Shown piece after piece: positions 1 to 8,219 of a stretch of 64,000 nucleotides of DNA (within the stretch, counting starts at the first letter, position 1; every line of letters starts with the position of its first letter). Position numbers and translations under genes: made by a program. This stretch comes from Candidatus Collierbacteria bacterium. Lineage in GTDB: Bacteria; Patescibacteriota; Microgenomatia; UBA1400; JACPES01. The notes under the pieces are model-generated. The model was not told the origin of the DNA and ran no database searches. It saw only the letters and a list, made by a program, of their open reading frames with translations. The stretch spans positions 13,726-77,725 of the forward strand of contig JACPES010000003.1 in the NCBI GenBank assembly GCA_016183365.1, given 5' to 3'.

Positions 1-1149
1 TACCACCAATCCTTGGGCTTTACCAAATTCTTCTGCTTCCCATAACCCTGCAAATTCCCCGGTCTCTCGATTAAGAGCCGTCACCTTTTTATCTTTCCGA
101 CCCAGCACCCAAACTTTTTCTCCCTCCTGGGGAACTGAAAATAATATCGGGTCAGACATAAAACCGGTCAGAACCTGGCGAAAATATATTCTACTCCCGT
201 TTCTAAACCGGCTGATTCTACCGCCTTGATGCAGAACCCAAATATCTCCGTCTACGCCTGTAGCCACAGCATCTGACAGATCAAAATTTAACCCTGGTTT
301 AAACCACTGTCTGCGGCTGCCAAACTCCGGTTTATCGGAATTGTTCTCCCCGCCTTGATATTTTAGGACTTCGGAAACTGATTTATCCAGAACATATAGA
401 TTTCCTCCAAACCAGAACAGTATCGAATCGGCGCCCCACGGCCCGTCTTCTTTGACCGCCTCCGTGGGTTCTCCGCCGTTAAAAGGAAATTCAATAATCC
501 GATTTTCTATTATCCCAAACGCCGAATTGCGGCCCAAAGCCGCACTTTTTATTCCCTCAATTCCCCCGCCGATTACCTGTCCGCTTCTGTCCACGGGCGA
601 CACTGTCGCCAAAATATTATTTTCGTCATCAAAGACCAGCAGACTTTCATTATTGCCGGCCAGAGTTTTCGCCCTTATCTCTTCTGTTAATAAATTTGGG
701 TCTAAAAACTCGCTTAATTTGGCCTGGCGGACAAACCCCAATTCCGATTGGACACTATCTAATTTTTGTTGCAGGCTTTCCAACCGCTTAAGCAATTGTT
801 TATCTCCAATATTTTTCCGGGAATCCTCAACCGACCTTTTCAAATCCAGGCCCAACTCCATGGCCCGAGTTGAATCAACTTTAGCTAAACCGGCGATTTC
901 AGCCAAGACATAATCCGCCTTTTTTTCCAATTTGATTAAGGGCTGCTCTTTGATAAACGCCTGTTTTTTGACAAATCCAAATGTGACAATGAAGCCTAAC
1001 AGAAAAACCAGAACTATCGCCGTTGCCTGATGGGACTTATGCCTCGTTGTTTTTTCTTCTTCGTATACTAGCCTCCCCCCCTGTCCGCCGATTTCAGGCG
1101 GCTTTTTGTTGAGCTTAAATAAATTATCGAATCTAAATCCTTCTCTCAC
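1..1149 (-). CDS. Hypothetical membrane-anchored protein, C-terminus runs off the window start
   Basis: Hand translation of the minus strand gives a continuous frame from a GTG at 1149 (overlapping the TGA of the upstream ORF as GTGA) to position 1. It has a short cytoplasmic N-terminus, one TM helix (TAIVLVFLLGFIVTFGFV) and a long Gly/Asp-rich soluble part. It is not in the ORF track because it lacks a stop in the window; the plus-strand ORF 452..913 is its low-complexity shadow. Confidence 0.5.
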   Translation of the reverse strand, partial: MREGFRFDNLFKLNKKPPEIGGQGGRLVYEEEKTTRHKSHQATAIVLVFLLGFIVTFGFVKKQAFIKEQPLIKLEKKADYVLAEIAGLAKVDSTRAMELGLDLKRSVEDSRKNIGDKQLLKRLESLQQKLDSVQSELGFVRQAKLSEFLDPNLLTEEIRAKTLAGNNESLLVFDDENNILATVSPVDRSGQVIGGGIEGIKSAALGRNSAFGIIENRIIEFPFNGGEPTEAVKEDGPWGADSILFWFGGNLYVLDKSVSEVLKYQGGENNSDKPEFGSRRQWFKPGLNFDLSDAVATGVDGDIWVLHQGGRISRFRNGSRIYFRQVLTGFMSDPILFSVPQEGEKVWVLGRKDKKVTALNRETGEFAGLWEAEEFGKAQGLVV

Positions 1150-1406
1150 AAAACAGCCAGAGAAATTATAAAAATTCCGACCGCAAAAACCAATAACGCT
1201 AAGGCCACCAGCTTTAATCCTCCGGATATAGGCACGGTTAAAACCTGGCTCATCAACTGGACCTGCCTAACCACCACTAAAGAAAAAACTACAAACATTA
1301 AAAGTAGGGCCCATAAAAAAATTCTGACAATTGACAAGAGCCCAAAATCCACTAAATAATTCATATTATTGCTTTTATATCTTTCTAACCATTCTAACCA
1401 TCTCAA
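1146..1406 (-). CDS. Small membrane protein with two TM helices
   Basis: ORF-track protein with two hydrophobic helices. Its N-terminal 14 aa are encoded by a TTAACCA heptamer repeat, so the real start may be the internal Met (MNYLVDFG). Confidence 0.35.
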   Translation of the reverse strand: MRWLEWLERYKSNNMNYLVDFGLLSIVRIFLWALLLMFVVFSLVVVRQVQLMSQVLTVPISGGLKLVALALLVFAVGIFIISLAVL

Positions 1407-1421
1407 CCATTTTAACCATTA

Positions 1422-2021
1422 TTACCTTACCCTTCCCTCTATGGCCTCCTGTTCTTCTTGCGCTATCAACTCCGACAAAACCTTAACCACCTTTTCCGGA
1501 TTGGGAACTTTGTTAAAAACGAATTCCGGAATTTCAGCCGCGGTTTGAATCGAAACATCGCCAAAATTAAAAAACGCCCCCATGATGCCTTTTTGAAAAT
1601 AATTAACATCCTGAATTTTGTTTATTGCAGAAACTCCGACTTTTTTGAACAGCAGTCCATAAAAATCAACGTCTATCACCCGTTCGTCGGTGACAATATT
1701 GACCGAGAAAAACCACATCAAAAACCTCTCGAAAATAAAAGTTAAGATCAGGGCGTACCAAAACAGAGTTAAAATGAACAGGTAATTTTCCGGCAATAAA
1801 GAAATTACCGGTATATACGGCCAAACCAAAGGCGCAAACCCCATCGCCAAGGATATCAATATCCACCAAATGTTGGTCACAAAATGCGGCCGCAACAGTA
1901 ATATTATCCTTTCTTCTTCGTCCTGGGTTTCAAACTTGGTAGCTTTGGGGAAAACCGCCAAGGCGGAAAACAGGCCTCCGGAGCCATGATCTGTTAATAA
2001 CTGCTTAACTGACTCGAGCAT
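1422..2021 (-). CDS. Membrane protein with a bacterial PH (YdbS/YdbT-like, bPH_2) domain
   Basis: Two TM helices followed by a PH-like fold region (VNIVTDERVIDVDFYGLLFKKVGVSAINKIQDV). The architecture matches the YdbS/YdbT family; paralog-like to 22337..22960. Confidence 0.45.
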   Translation of the reverse strand: MLESVKQLLTDHGSGGLFSALAVFPKATKFETQDEEERIILLLRPHFVTNIWWILISLAMGFAPLVWPYIPVISLLPENYLFILTLFWYALILTFIFERFLMWFFSVNIVTDERVIDVDFYGLLFKKVGVSAINKIQDVNYFQKGIMGAFFNFGDVSIQTAAEIPEFVFNKVPNPEKVVKVLSELIAQEEQEAIEGRVR

Positions 2022-2167
2022 GTATTTATCTTATCACTATTTTATTTTTCGGACGAGCCCAGATTTTTCTTGACAGAAAAATCTGCAGGTACGCCCGAAC
2101 CCCGTACCGACGCTCTTCGCGAGCGCTCCCGCTCAGCGGGACGGCGCGAAGCAAGTCTGGTATGGGG

Positions 2168-3961
2168 CTACTTTTTTTCAATATTAAACAATCCGCTCTT
2201 TAAGGCGATTCTGCCCGGGGCCCGTAAATTGAAAGCTTTCTTAAATTCAGATCCGGCAATAGCCACTGATCCTTTATCAGTGTCAAATGTAACACTGGAA
2301 GTTATCCCGTTGTCGGAATAAGTTACCGAAATGCCGTTGACTTTCCCAAATCCCCCGCCGGCGCTTTCCGAGCGCGATTTTAACTCGCCGATAGAATATG
2401 GACTGCCGCCCCAGCAGGGTCCGGCAGGAGTAATCCTGTCGTCACCTTGACCGGATTTCACCAATACCGCCCAAGCGTTTAAAATATCGGCCATTTCCTC
2501 GGAAGTCAACCACGGATGCGACCGGCCGCAGCCATCGCCGGAGCGGCTTCGGTACCAGCCTTTGTAAAACCACGGACTGGCGGCGATTTTTTCATAAGCT
2601 TCTCCGGTCCAACCGCCCCGGCCGGATTTGGTGTCCCAAAACCCGGGGGTCGAATAACCATTGGAGCTATACGATTCCTGATATCCGCCGGAGGTCGAAG
2701 CGTACCAGGCGGAAAACGGCTGGCCGTTGGCAATTAAAACCCAGCCGCTGGTAGCATTGACGGCTTCTTCCCATTTACCGCCTTTATTGGCAGGCTTATA
2801 AACCTGGCACTGCTCGGTAGCGCAAATACTGCCGCTGCCATTGTTGGTATAAGCCAGAGCGTAAGATCGGGCGGCCACCGCCTGGGCTTTCAAAGCCTCC
2901 ATTCCGCCTTCGTCGCCCCAGCTTCCCGGCATTTCATAAATTCTTTTGGCATAGGTCTCTAAATCCACCGATCCGTATCCCCGAACATTAATATTTATGC
3001 CGGTGGAATAATCTTTTTTAATCTCAATTCCCCCGCCGTAATAAGCCTTTAAAATATCTTCGGCCGATTGGCCGTTTTTGGCCCGGCCAAAAGCCCCGTA
3101 CTGGCTCATCCCCTTAAAATGCGGGGCTCCGAATGAAAAAGCGGCGAAAGCCGGAGAAAATCCCGGATTATAATCCGGCCTAGAGGCGGGGTCGTCGGCC
3201 AGGGGCACATCGCCGACAGTAGTCTGAAAAGTTTCCGCTTTTTCGGTTAAAATCGCTTTTTGTCTGGCCGAAAGATCGGCAATTTTACCTGACAATTGGG
3301 CCTGATATTCCTTGGCTCCCTTAATTTCTTTTCTGAAAAAGGCCGCTTCCGTATCCAATTGGGTTTGAAGTTTGGCTAATTGGGTTTTTCTTTCCAGTTG
3401 CTTTTTTTGCTCAATTTCCAATCCTCTTGACTCTTCAGAGATACGGACGATAATTTCCCGGTCTTGGGCGGCGGCGGCCTGGCGGTAGCCCAATTCCCGG
3501 GTTAAATCCGCGGCAGACGAAGACCCCACCAACAATAAAAATGGGCTCATTGATTGTTGGCGTTTATATAAATTTCTGACCCTGATGGATAATAATTGAT
3601 ATTGAACCGCCATTTCAGTTTGTTTGGAATCCAATTCTTTGGCCAGACGTTTATTTTCCGCCACCGCCGCATTAATTCCTTTTTGGGCCGAAACAATTCT
3701 GGCGTCTAATTTTGATACTTCGGCTTCCAACGGGACTGTCGCCGATTCAGACAATTGCCGCAAATGGGATAAATCGTCAATCTGTGCCTGCAAATCGCCT
3801 AGCTCTGTCGCCGAGACGCCGCCATTATTGATAATAGATAAATAGACAAATAGACCCAAAAGTACACTTGCTGCGATTCGTGGTTTACATCCACGTAATC
3901 GTAGGGCGTGACTTCTGGGCGGGCAAATAGACAAATAGACAAATGCCAGAATTTTTCTCAC
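2168..3961 (-). CDS. SpoIID/LytB-domain protein with an N-terminal coiled coil
   Basis: Carries the motifs MSQYGAFGRA, EMPGSWG, EALKAQAVAARSYAL and CATEQCQVY typical of the SpoIID/LytB amidase-enhancer domain. A long Ala/Gln/Leu-rich coiled coil precedes it. The start is uncertain because two AGACAAATAGAC repeat copies and a hairpin lie at 3885-3915. Confidence 0.75.
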   Translation of the reverse strand: MRKILAFVYLSICPPRSHALRLRGCKPRIAASVLLGLFVYLSIINNGGVSATELGDLQAQIDDLSHLRQLSESATVPLEAEVSKLDARIVSAQKGINAAVAENKRLAKELDSKQTEMAVQYQLLSIRVRNLYKRQQSMSPFLLLVGSSSAADLTRELGYRQAAAAQDREIIVRISEESRGLEIEQKKQLERKTQLAKLQTQLDTEAAFFRKEIKGAKEYQAQLSGKIADLSARQKAILTEKAETFQTTVGDVPLADDPASRPDYNPGFSPAFAAFSFGAPHFKGMSQYGAFGRAKNGQSAEDILKAYYGGGIEIKKDYSTGININVRGYGSVDLETYAKRIYEMPGSWGDEGGMEALKAQAVAARSYALAYTNNGSGSICATEQCQVYKPANKGGKWEEAVNATSGWVLIANGQPFSAWYASTSGGYQESYSSNGYSTPGFWDTKSGRGGWTGEAYEKIAASPWFYKGWYRSRSGDGCGRSHPWLTSEEMADILNAWAVLVKSGQGDDRITPAGPCWGGSPYSIGELKSRSESAGGGFGKVNGISVTYSDNGITSSVTFDTDKGSVAIAGSEFKKAFNLRAPGRIALKSGLFNIEKK

Positions 3962-3992
3962 AAATTCAGTATATCAATGATTACAAGATACT

Positions 3993-4277
3993 ATGGTTAT
4001 TATTGAAAGTGGTATCATAAAGCTCATGAAAACTTATTCCTTTAGAACAATTATCGAACCGGATGATCCGTCGGGATATCATGGTTACGTTCCCAAGTTG
4101 AAAGGTGTTCATACCTGCGGAGAAACAATCGATGAAGTTCAACGAAATCTACGCCAGGCCATTAAATGTCATATTGAAGGACTGATGAAAGACGGTGAAC
4201 CAATGCCGACTGAAGAACGTTCAATCGAATCAATTCAAACTTTCTCTCGGCAGGATTTCACTCCAGTTTATGCCTAA
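3993..4277 (+). CDS. hicB: HicB-family antitoxin (UPF0150)
   Basis: The segment YSFRTIIEPDDPSGYHGYVPKLKGVHTCGETIDEVQRNLRQAIKCHIE is a typical HicB RNase-H-like fold signature. Its stop overlaps the ATG of a hicA-like ORF (ATGCCTAA). Confidence 0.8.
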   Translation: MVIIESGIIKLMKTYSFRTIIEPDDPSGYHGYVPKLKGVHTCGETIDEVQRNLRQAIKCHIEGLMKDGEPMPTEERSIESIQTFSRQDFTPVYA

Positions 4278-4496
4278 GTTGCCGGTTGTCAAGGCAAAAG
4301 TTTTGCTGAAAACCCTGCTTAAACTGGGATTTGAGAAGCACCATCAAGCAGGAACCATATCCAGCTGAAACACCCTGATGGGAGAAGGACGACGGTTCCA
4401 TATCATCCGTCCAAAGAAATCAGAAAAGGCACGCTTCGAGGCATTATCAGTGATATCGATTTGACGGTAGAGGAATTCATCCGAGCGCTAAAGTAA
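4270..4496 (+). pseudogene. hicA: HicA toxin disrupted by a frameshift
   Basis: Frame 0 reads MPKLPVVKAKVLLKTLLKLGFEKHHQAG and hits TGA at 4366. The +2 frame continues SRNHIQLKHPDGRRTTVPYHPSKEIRKGTLRGIISDIDLTVEEFIRALK to 4496. Together they form a complete HicA (GSH..HPDG...GTL) split around 4345. Confidence 0.65.
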
Positions 4497-4573
4497 AAAT
4501 CTGCTGGCAAACAAGGTGAAGTGTTAACCCCAAAAAACTTCCCCGGTGAAAGTCTGGTAAAATCGTAGAAGTT

Positions 4574-5371
4574 GTGAAATTTTTTCTGTGTCCCCTTAAT
4601 TTCAAAGTGAAACGCTTATTCAACTTTCAGAGATTAAAACAGTTGTTGGGCATTATGCTTATCTTGTTGGCTATTGTTTTTAGTCAGACTGTTTTAGTAG
4701 AAAAATTTGGTTTCAGTAACGTCGTTTACGCTCAAGTGCAATGCTGTACCTCACCGGCTCAAGTAACATTTGTTGGCGGAAATGTTTATTGTTCACTTCA
4801 TACCGGAACCGGCATTCCGACAAATTGCTCTGGATCAACCCCTAACTGTGATGTTGAAACTAACCAGTGTATTCCTATTCCCGACATTACTAATCCGCAA
4901 TGCTGTACCTCACCGGCTCAAGTAACATTTGTTGGCGGAAATGTTTATTGTTCACTTCATACCGGAACCGGCATTCCGACAAATTGCTCTGGGAACTGCG
5001 ACGTTCTAACTAACCGATGCATCAATTCTCTCCCCGGCGGCGGGCCGACGATCACCGTCTACGATCCGACGTGCAATTCTGGAACTGGATATTACGGTTA
5101 TTCCGGTGTTAAAAGTGCCTTGGGGTGTTTGCCGACTGATCCGCAAACGTTTATTAATACCGCCACCCCTTGGGCGGTGGGGATTGGAGCCGGAATTGCT
5201 TTTCTACTGGGGCTTTATGGAGCGCTGATGATTGTTATTTCCGCCGGCGACCCGGAAAAAATGCAGGCTGGCAAAGAAATTATTACCAGCGCGATTGCCG
5301 GACTATTATTAATAGTTTTTGCGGTTTTTATTTTAAGAATAATTGGGGTTGATGTATTAAAATTGTTTTAG
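4574..5371 (+). CDS. Secreted protein: duplicated Cys-rich module fused to a VirB2/TrbC-like pilin domain
   Basis: The signal peptide probably starts at MLILLAIVF. Two copies of QCCTSPAQVTFVGGNVYCSLHTGTGIPTNCSG are encoded by a 95-nt exact DNA repeat (4739-4833 and 4898-4992). The C-terminal pilin-like segment is TATPWAVGIGAGIAFLLGLYGALMIVISAGDPEKMQAGKEIITSAIAGLLLIVFAVFIL. Confidence 0.55.
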   Translation: MKFFLCPLNFKVKRLFNFQRLKQLLGIMLILLAIVFSQTVLVEKFGFSNVVYAQVQCCTSPAQVTFVGGNVYCSLHTGTGIPTNCSGSTPNCDVETNQCIPIPDITNPQCCTSPAQVTFVGGNVYCSLHTGTGIPTNCSGNCDVLTNRCINSLPGGGPTITVYDPTCNSGTGYYGYSGVKSALGCLPTDPQTFINTATPWAVGIGAGIAFLLGLYGALMIVISAGDPEKMQAGKEIITSAIAGLLLIVFAVFILRIIGVDVLKLF

Positions 5372-5388
5372 TCAAGAGTCATTAAATT

Positions 5389-5721
5389 ATGTTTATATCA
5401 CTAAGCGTGCTAGGTGTAGCTTTACCCGGAGGGGAAAGAGACCTTTTTTGGAGCGATCCGCTAGCGGGAAGGGGGAAGTTTGATGACATTGGAACGACTA
5501 TTACTTCTCTTCTCCCCTACCTTTTCATCATCGGCGGAATCGTGACGGGCGGAATGCTGATAATCGGCGGATTCGACATTTTAACTTCCATGGGCAGCGA
5601 AGAAAAACTAAAAAGCGGAGCGGAGAGAATCAAAAACGCCTTAATAGGGTTTTTATTGTTGTTCGCGGTTTATTGGCTGGCCCAAATCGCTCAAGTCCTT
5701 TTTAAAATACCTATTTTATAG
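5389..5721 (+). CDS. VirB2/TrbC-like pilin paralog 2
   Basis: Two hydrophobic helices separated by a GG..SMGSEEKLKSGAERIKNALIG loop, the same pattern as the other seven paralogs. Confidence 0.5.
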   Translation: MFISLSVLGVALPGGERDLFWSDPLAGRGKFDDIGTTITSLLPYLFIIGGIVTGGMLIIGGFDILTSMGSEEKLKSGAERIKNALIGFLLLFAVYWLAQIAQVLFKIPIL

Positions 5722-5761
5722 GGCCAAGGGACAAAGGCTAAGGGCTAAAGGCAGACAAAAA

Positions 5762-6121
5762 ATGCAAACAAAAAACAACCAGAGAACTGATTTACATGAA
5801 AGAATTTTTCGTTGGATAATTTCAGTTCTTAAACTATTAAAGACTGTCAATAAAGATGTCATCAGCATAGTAATAATTCAACAGTTGGCAAAATCATGTA
5901 CTTCTGTCGGAGCAAATGACCAGGAAGCAGTTACTTCTTCTAGCGACAAAGACTTTGTTTCTAAATATCAAATTGTAAAAAAGGAGCTTTCCGAAAGTAT
6001 TTATTGGCTAAGAATACTTAAAGAGATGTATCCTGACATTGACATTTCAAGCCAGTTAAACGAAAGCATTGAACTTCTTAGAATCATTAGTAAAATCATT
6101 CTCAACGTCAAGAATCGTTAA
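5762..6121 (+). CDS. Four-helix-bundle protein (23S rRNA intervening-sequence protein family)
   Basis: Signature SCTSVGANDQEAV.SSS.KDF..K..IVKKELSESIYWLRIL. The gene is flanked by the inverted repeats GGCTAAGGGCTAAAGG (5739-5754) and CCTTAGCCCTTAGCC (6173-6190). Confidence 0.6.
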   Translation: MQTKNNQRTDLHERIFRWIISVLKLLKTVNKDVISIVIIQQLAKSCTSVGANDQEAVTSSSDKDFVSKYQIVKKELSESIYWLRILKEMYPDIDISSQLNESIELLRIISKIILNVKNR

Positions 6122-6123
6122 GT

Positions 6124-6900
6124 TTGGTAAAATCTTTTCTAGAAATGAAAAAATCGTTTTCCCTTAGCCCTCATCCCTTAGCCCTTAGCCCTTTTCTCCC
6201 CCGGCACATCGCCATCATCATGGACGGCAACCGGAGATGGGCTAAAGCCCGCGGCCTGGCCGCCGTTATGGGCCATGACAAGGCGGCCCGCGACGTCATT
6301 GAGCCGATTGTTGATAGGGCGATCCAATTGGGAATAAAGTTTTTAACCTTTTGGGCTTTTTCCACCGAAAACTGGAAACGGGATAAAGCCGAAATCAGAG
6401 CATTAATGGGGATTTTCCGGGAAGGATTAGATAAATTGGGCGGTAAACTCAACGAAAAAGGCGTTCGTTTGAACGTCATTGGTGAAATGGAAAAATTCCC
6501 TGCAGATATCCAAGAAAAAACCAAGAAGTATATGGAGCTAAGCCGTGACAATATCCAAATCTCCGTCAGCTTCGCCCTGAACTATGGAGGAAGAGACGAA
6601 ATCCTGCGAGCCGTAAGACGGCTCTTCGAAAAAATTCGAAATTCGAAATTCGAAATTCGAAATTTAAACGAAGAAATGTTTGCGAAATTTCTTGACACCG
6701 CGGATATGCCGGACCCGGATTTGATCATTAGAACCGGCGGCGATCTGCGGTTATCCGGCTATTTTCCCTGGCAATCGGTATACTCGGAGTTATATTTCAC
6801 CAAAACCCTGTGGCCGGATTTCACCCCGAAGGAACTGGATAAAGCATTGGAAGATTACGAAAAACGAGAACGGCGATTCGGTGGCGGAGGGAGAAAATAA
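6124..6900 (+). CDS. uppS: Undecaprenyl diphosphate synthase
   Basis: Motif HIAIIMDGNRRWAKARGL and the usual UPP synthase core are present. The likely start is the ATG at 6145. The N-terminal extension is encoded by the CCCTTAGCC repeat, and an in-frame GAAATTC x4 repeat encodes KIRNSKFEIRNL. Confidence 0.85.
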   Translation: MVKSFLEMKKSFSLSPHPLALSPFLPRHIAIIMDGNRRWAKARGLAAVMGHDKAARDVIEPIVDRAIQLGIKFLTFWAFSTENWKRDKAEIRALMGIFREGLDKLGGKLNEKGVRLNVIGEMEKFPADIQEKTKKYMELSRDNIQISVSFALNYGGRDEILRAVRRLFEKIRNSKFEIRNLNEEMFAKFLDTADMPDPDLIIRTGGDLRLSGYFPWQSVYSELYFTKTLWPDFTPKELDKALEDYEKRERRFGGGGRK

Positions 6901-6902
6901 AA

Positions 6903-6985
6903 AAAATTGCTAAATTGTTATATTGTTAAATTGGAATACGCACCAATTAGTCCTGCAAAGCAGGATCTGGCTCTGCCAGACAATC
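6903..6985. repeat. About 80-nt hairpin repeat element, copy 1
   Basis: ATTGCTAAATTGTTATATTGTTAAATTGGAATACGCACCAATTAGTCCTGCAAAGCAGGATCTGGCTCTGCCAGACAATCCAGCAAT, containing a TCCTGC...GCAGGA stem-loop, followed by a CAATCTA heptamer array. Confidence 0.5.
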
Positions 6986-7030
6986 CAGCAATCCAACAAT
7001 CTAGCAATCTAGCAATCTGACAATCTAACA
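6981..7030. repeat. CAATCYA heptamer array running into the start codon of pilin gene 3
   Basis: CAATCCAGCAATCCAACAATCTAGCAATCTAGCAATCTGACAATCTAACAATG. Confidence 0.65.
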
Positions 7031-7360
7031 ATGTATTTATTCACAGTCAACATCGGCCAAGATTTAAAACTCCAGGACGATACTCCAATTGGCGACGTCA
7101 TCCAATTCCAAAGCGTCGGAGCCTTGATTTCCGCCTGGCTGCCAAATATTTATATTTTAGGCGGGATTATCGTCTTGATTCTAATCATTGTTTCCGGGTT
7201 TATGTGGATTACCAATGCCGGAAATATTAAAAAAATTGAAGAGTCTCAAAAGATCCTGACCTTTGCTATAATGGGTTTTATATTTTTGTTCGGGAGTTAT
7301 TGGATTATTCAAATAATTCAAGTCCTGACGGGAATACCGATATTGAATTCAAGTTTATGA
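7031..7360 (+). CDS. VirB2/TrbC-like pilin paralog 3
   Basis: Hydrophobic helix (ISAWLPNIYILGGIIVLILIIVSG), then FMWITNAGNIKKIEESQKILTFAIMGFIFLFGSYW. Confidence 0.5.
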   Translation: MYLFTVNIGQDLKLQDDTPIGDVIQFQSVGALISAWLPNIYILGGIIVLILIIVSGFMWITNAGNIKKIEESQKILTFAIMGFIFLFGSYWIIQIIQVLTGIPILNSSL

Positions 7361-7830
7361 AAATACTGAATGAAAAATACCGAATACTGAATAAAAAAAA
7401 GGGCGCATCTGACTTCCCTTATTCAGTATTCAGTATTCAGAATTCAGCATTCGTTTCTCTTGGCATCTTTGGCACCATTAAAAATCCTCTCGGCGATACT
7501 TTTGATAAAGCCGGAGGATACGCATCGGTTGAGGGCGGATTGGGGTTATTACTCACCAATCTCATCCGCTTAACTACCGTCGGCGCCGGCATTTGGTTTT
7601 TGGTCAATTTGATTACTGCCGGGGTGATGTATATCGGCTCCAACGGCGAAACCGAAAAAATCACTATAGCTTGGGCTAAAATTTGGCAATCGTTGATCGG
7701 CCTTTTGATAATCGTTAGTTCTTTGACCCTGGCAGCTATTATCAGTAAAGTATTTTTCGGTAGCTACTCCACCATTCTTAATCCGGTAATCTATGGTCCG
7801 GGCAATGCCGGAGGAGGAAAAATTCCATGA
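7357..7830 (+). CDS. VirB2/TrbC-like pilin paralog 4
   Basis: Starts at the ATG at 7357 (the ORF-track start at 7300 overlaps the previous gene). Core is GAGIWFLVNLITAGVMYIGSNGETEKITIAWAKIWQSLIGLLIIV. A TATTCAG heptamer repeat sits in the N-terminal region. Confidence 0.45.
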   Translation: MKILNEKYRILNKKKGASDFPYSVFSIQNSAFVSLGIFGTIKNPLGDTFDKAGGYASVEGGLGLLLTNLIRLTTVGAGIWFLVNLITAGVMYIGSNGETEKITIAWAKIWQSLIGLLIIVSSLTLAAIISKVFFGSYSTILNPVIYGPGNAGGGKIP

Positions 7831-8219
7831 CATTGACAGACATTAAGGCCGGCAATATTGGCGGTTTGCCTGACGGCTACCAGGCTATGCCGGCCTCCGA
7901 CGCTCCGGCCACTTTGGAAAAAATAATTTCCAACACAGTCGGATTTTTTACCGTGGTTGGAGGCTTGACATTTATCATTTATATCGTTTTAGCCGGCTTA
8001 ACCTGGATTACTGCCCGGGAAGAAGATGCCAGACTATCAAAAGCCAAACAAATGCTCACCAACGCCCTGATCGGGCTGGCCCTGATAGTTGTTTCTTGGG
8101 CCGTGGCCGGAATAATCGGGACTATTTTTGGATTTGACATTTTAAACCCGGGAAAATATATTGAAATGATATCGCCTGGCGGGAGCGGCGGCGATGAACG
8201 AGAAAAAAGATCATCATGA
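7827..8219 (+). CDS. VirB2/TrbC-like pilin paralog 5
   Basis: FFTVVGGLTFIIYIVLAGLTWITAREEDARLSKAKQMLTNALIGLALIVVSWAVAGII. It overlaps its neighbours by 4 nt, consistent with an operon. Confidence 0.5.
   Translation: MTLTDIKAGNIGGLPDGYQAMPASDAPATLEKIISNTVGFFTVVGGLTFIIYIVLAGLTWITAREEDARLSKAKQMLTNALIGLALIVVSWAVAGIIGTIFGFDILNPGKYIEMISPGGSGGDEREKRSS

Noticed and set aside
452-913. 153-aa plus-strand ORF from the ORF track
   Set aside because: Its translation is low-complexity with no protein-like features. It lies antisense to a convincing minus-strand gene (1..1149) with a TM helix and coherent domain-like sequence.
1458-1869. ORFs 1458..1745 (+) and 1666..1869 (-)
   Set aside because: They are embedded in, and out of frame with, the well-supported PH-domain membrane-protein gene 1422..2021 and have basic, repetitive translations, so they are shadow ORFs.
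2506-2737. ORFs 2506..2733 (-) and 2516..2737 (+), Pro/Gly/Ala-rich
   Set aside because: They lie inside the SpoIID/LytB-domain gene in other frames. Their composition reflects the GC-rich codons of the real gene.
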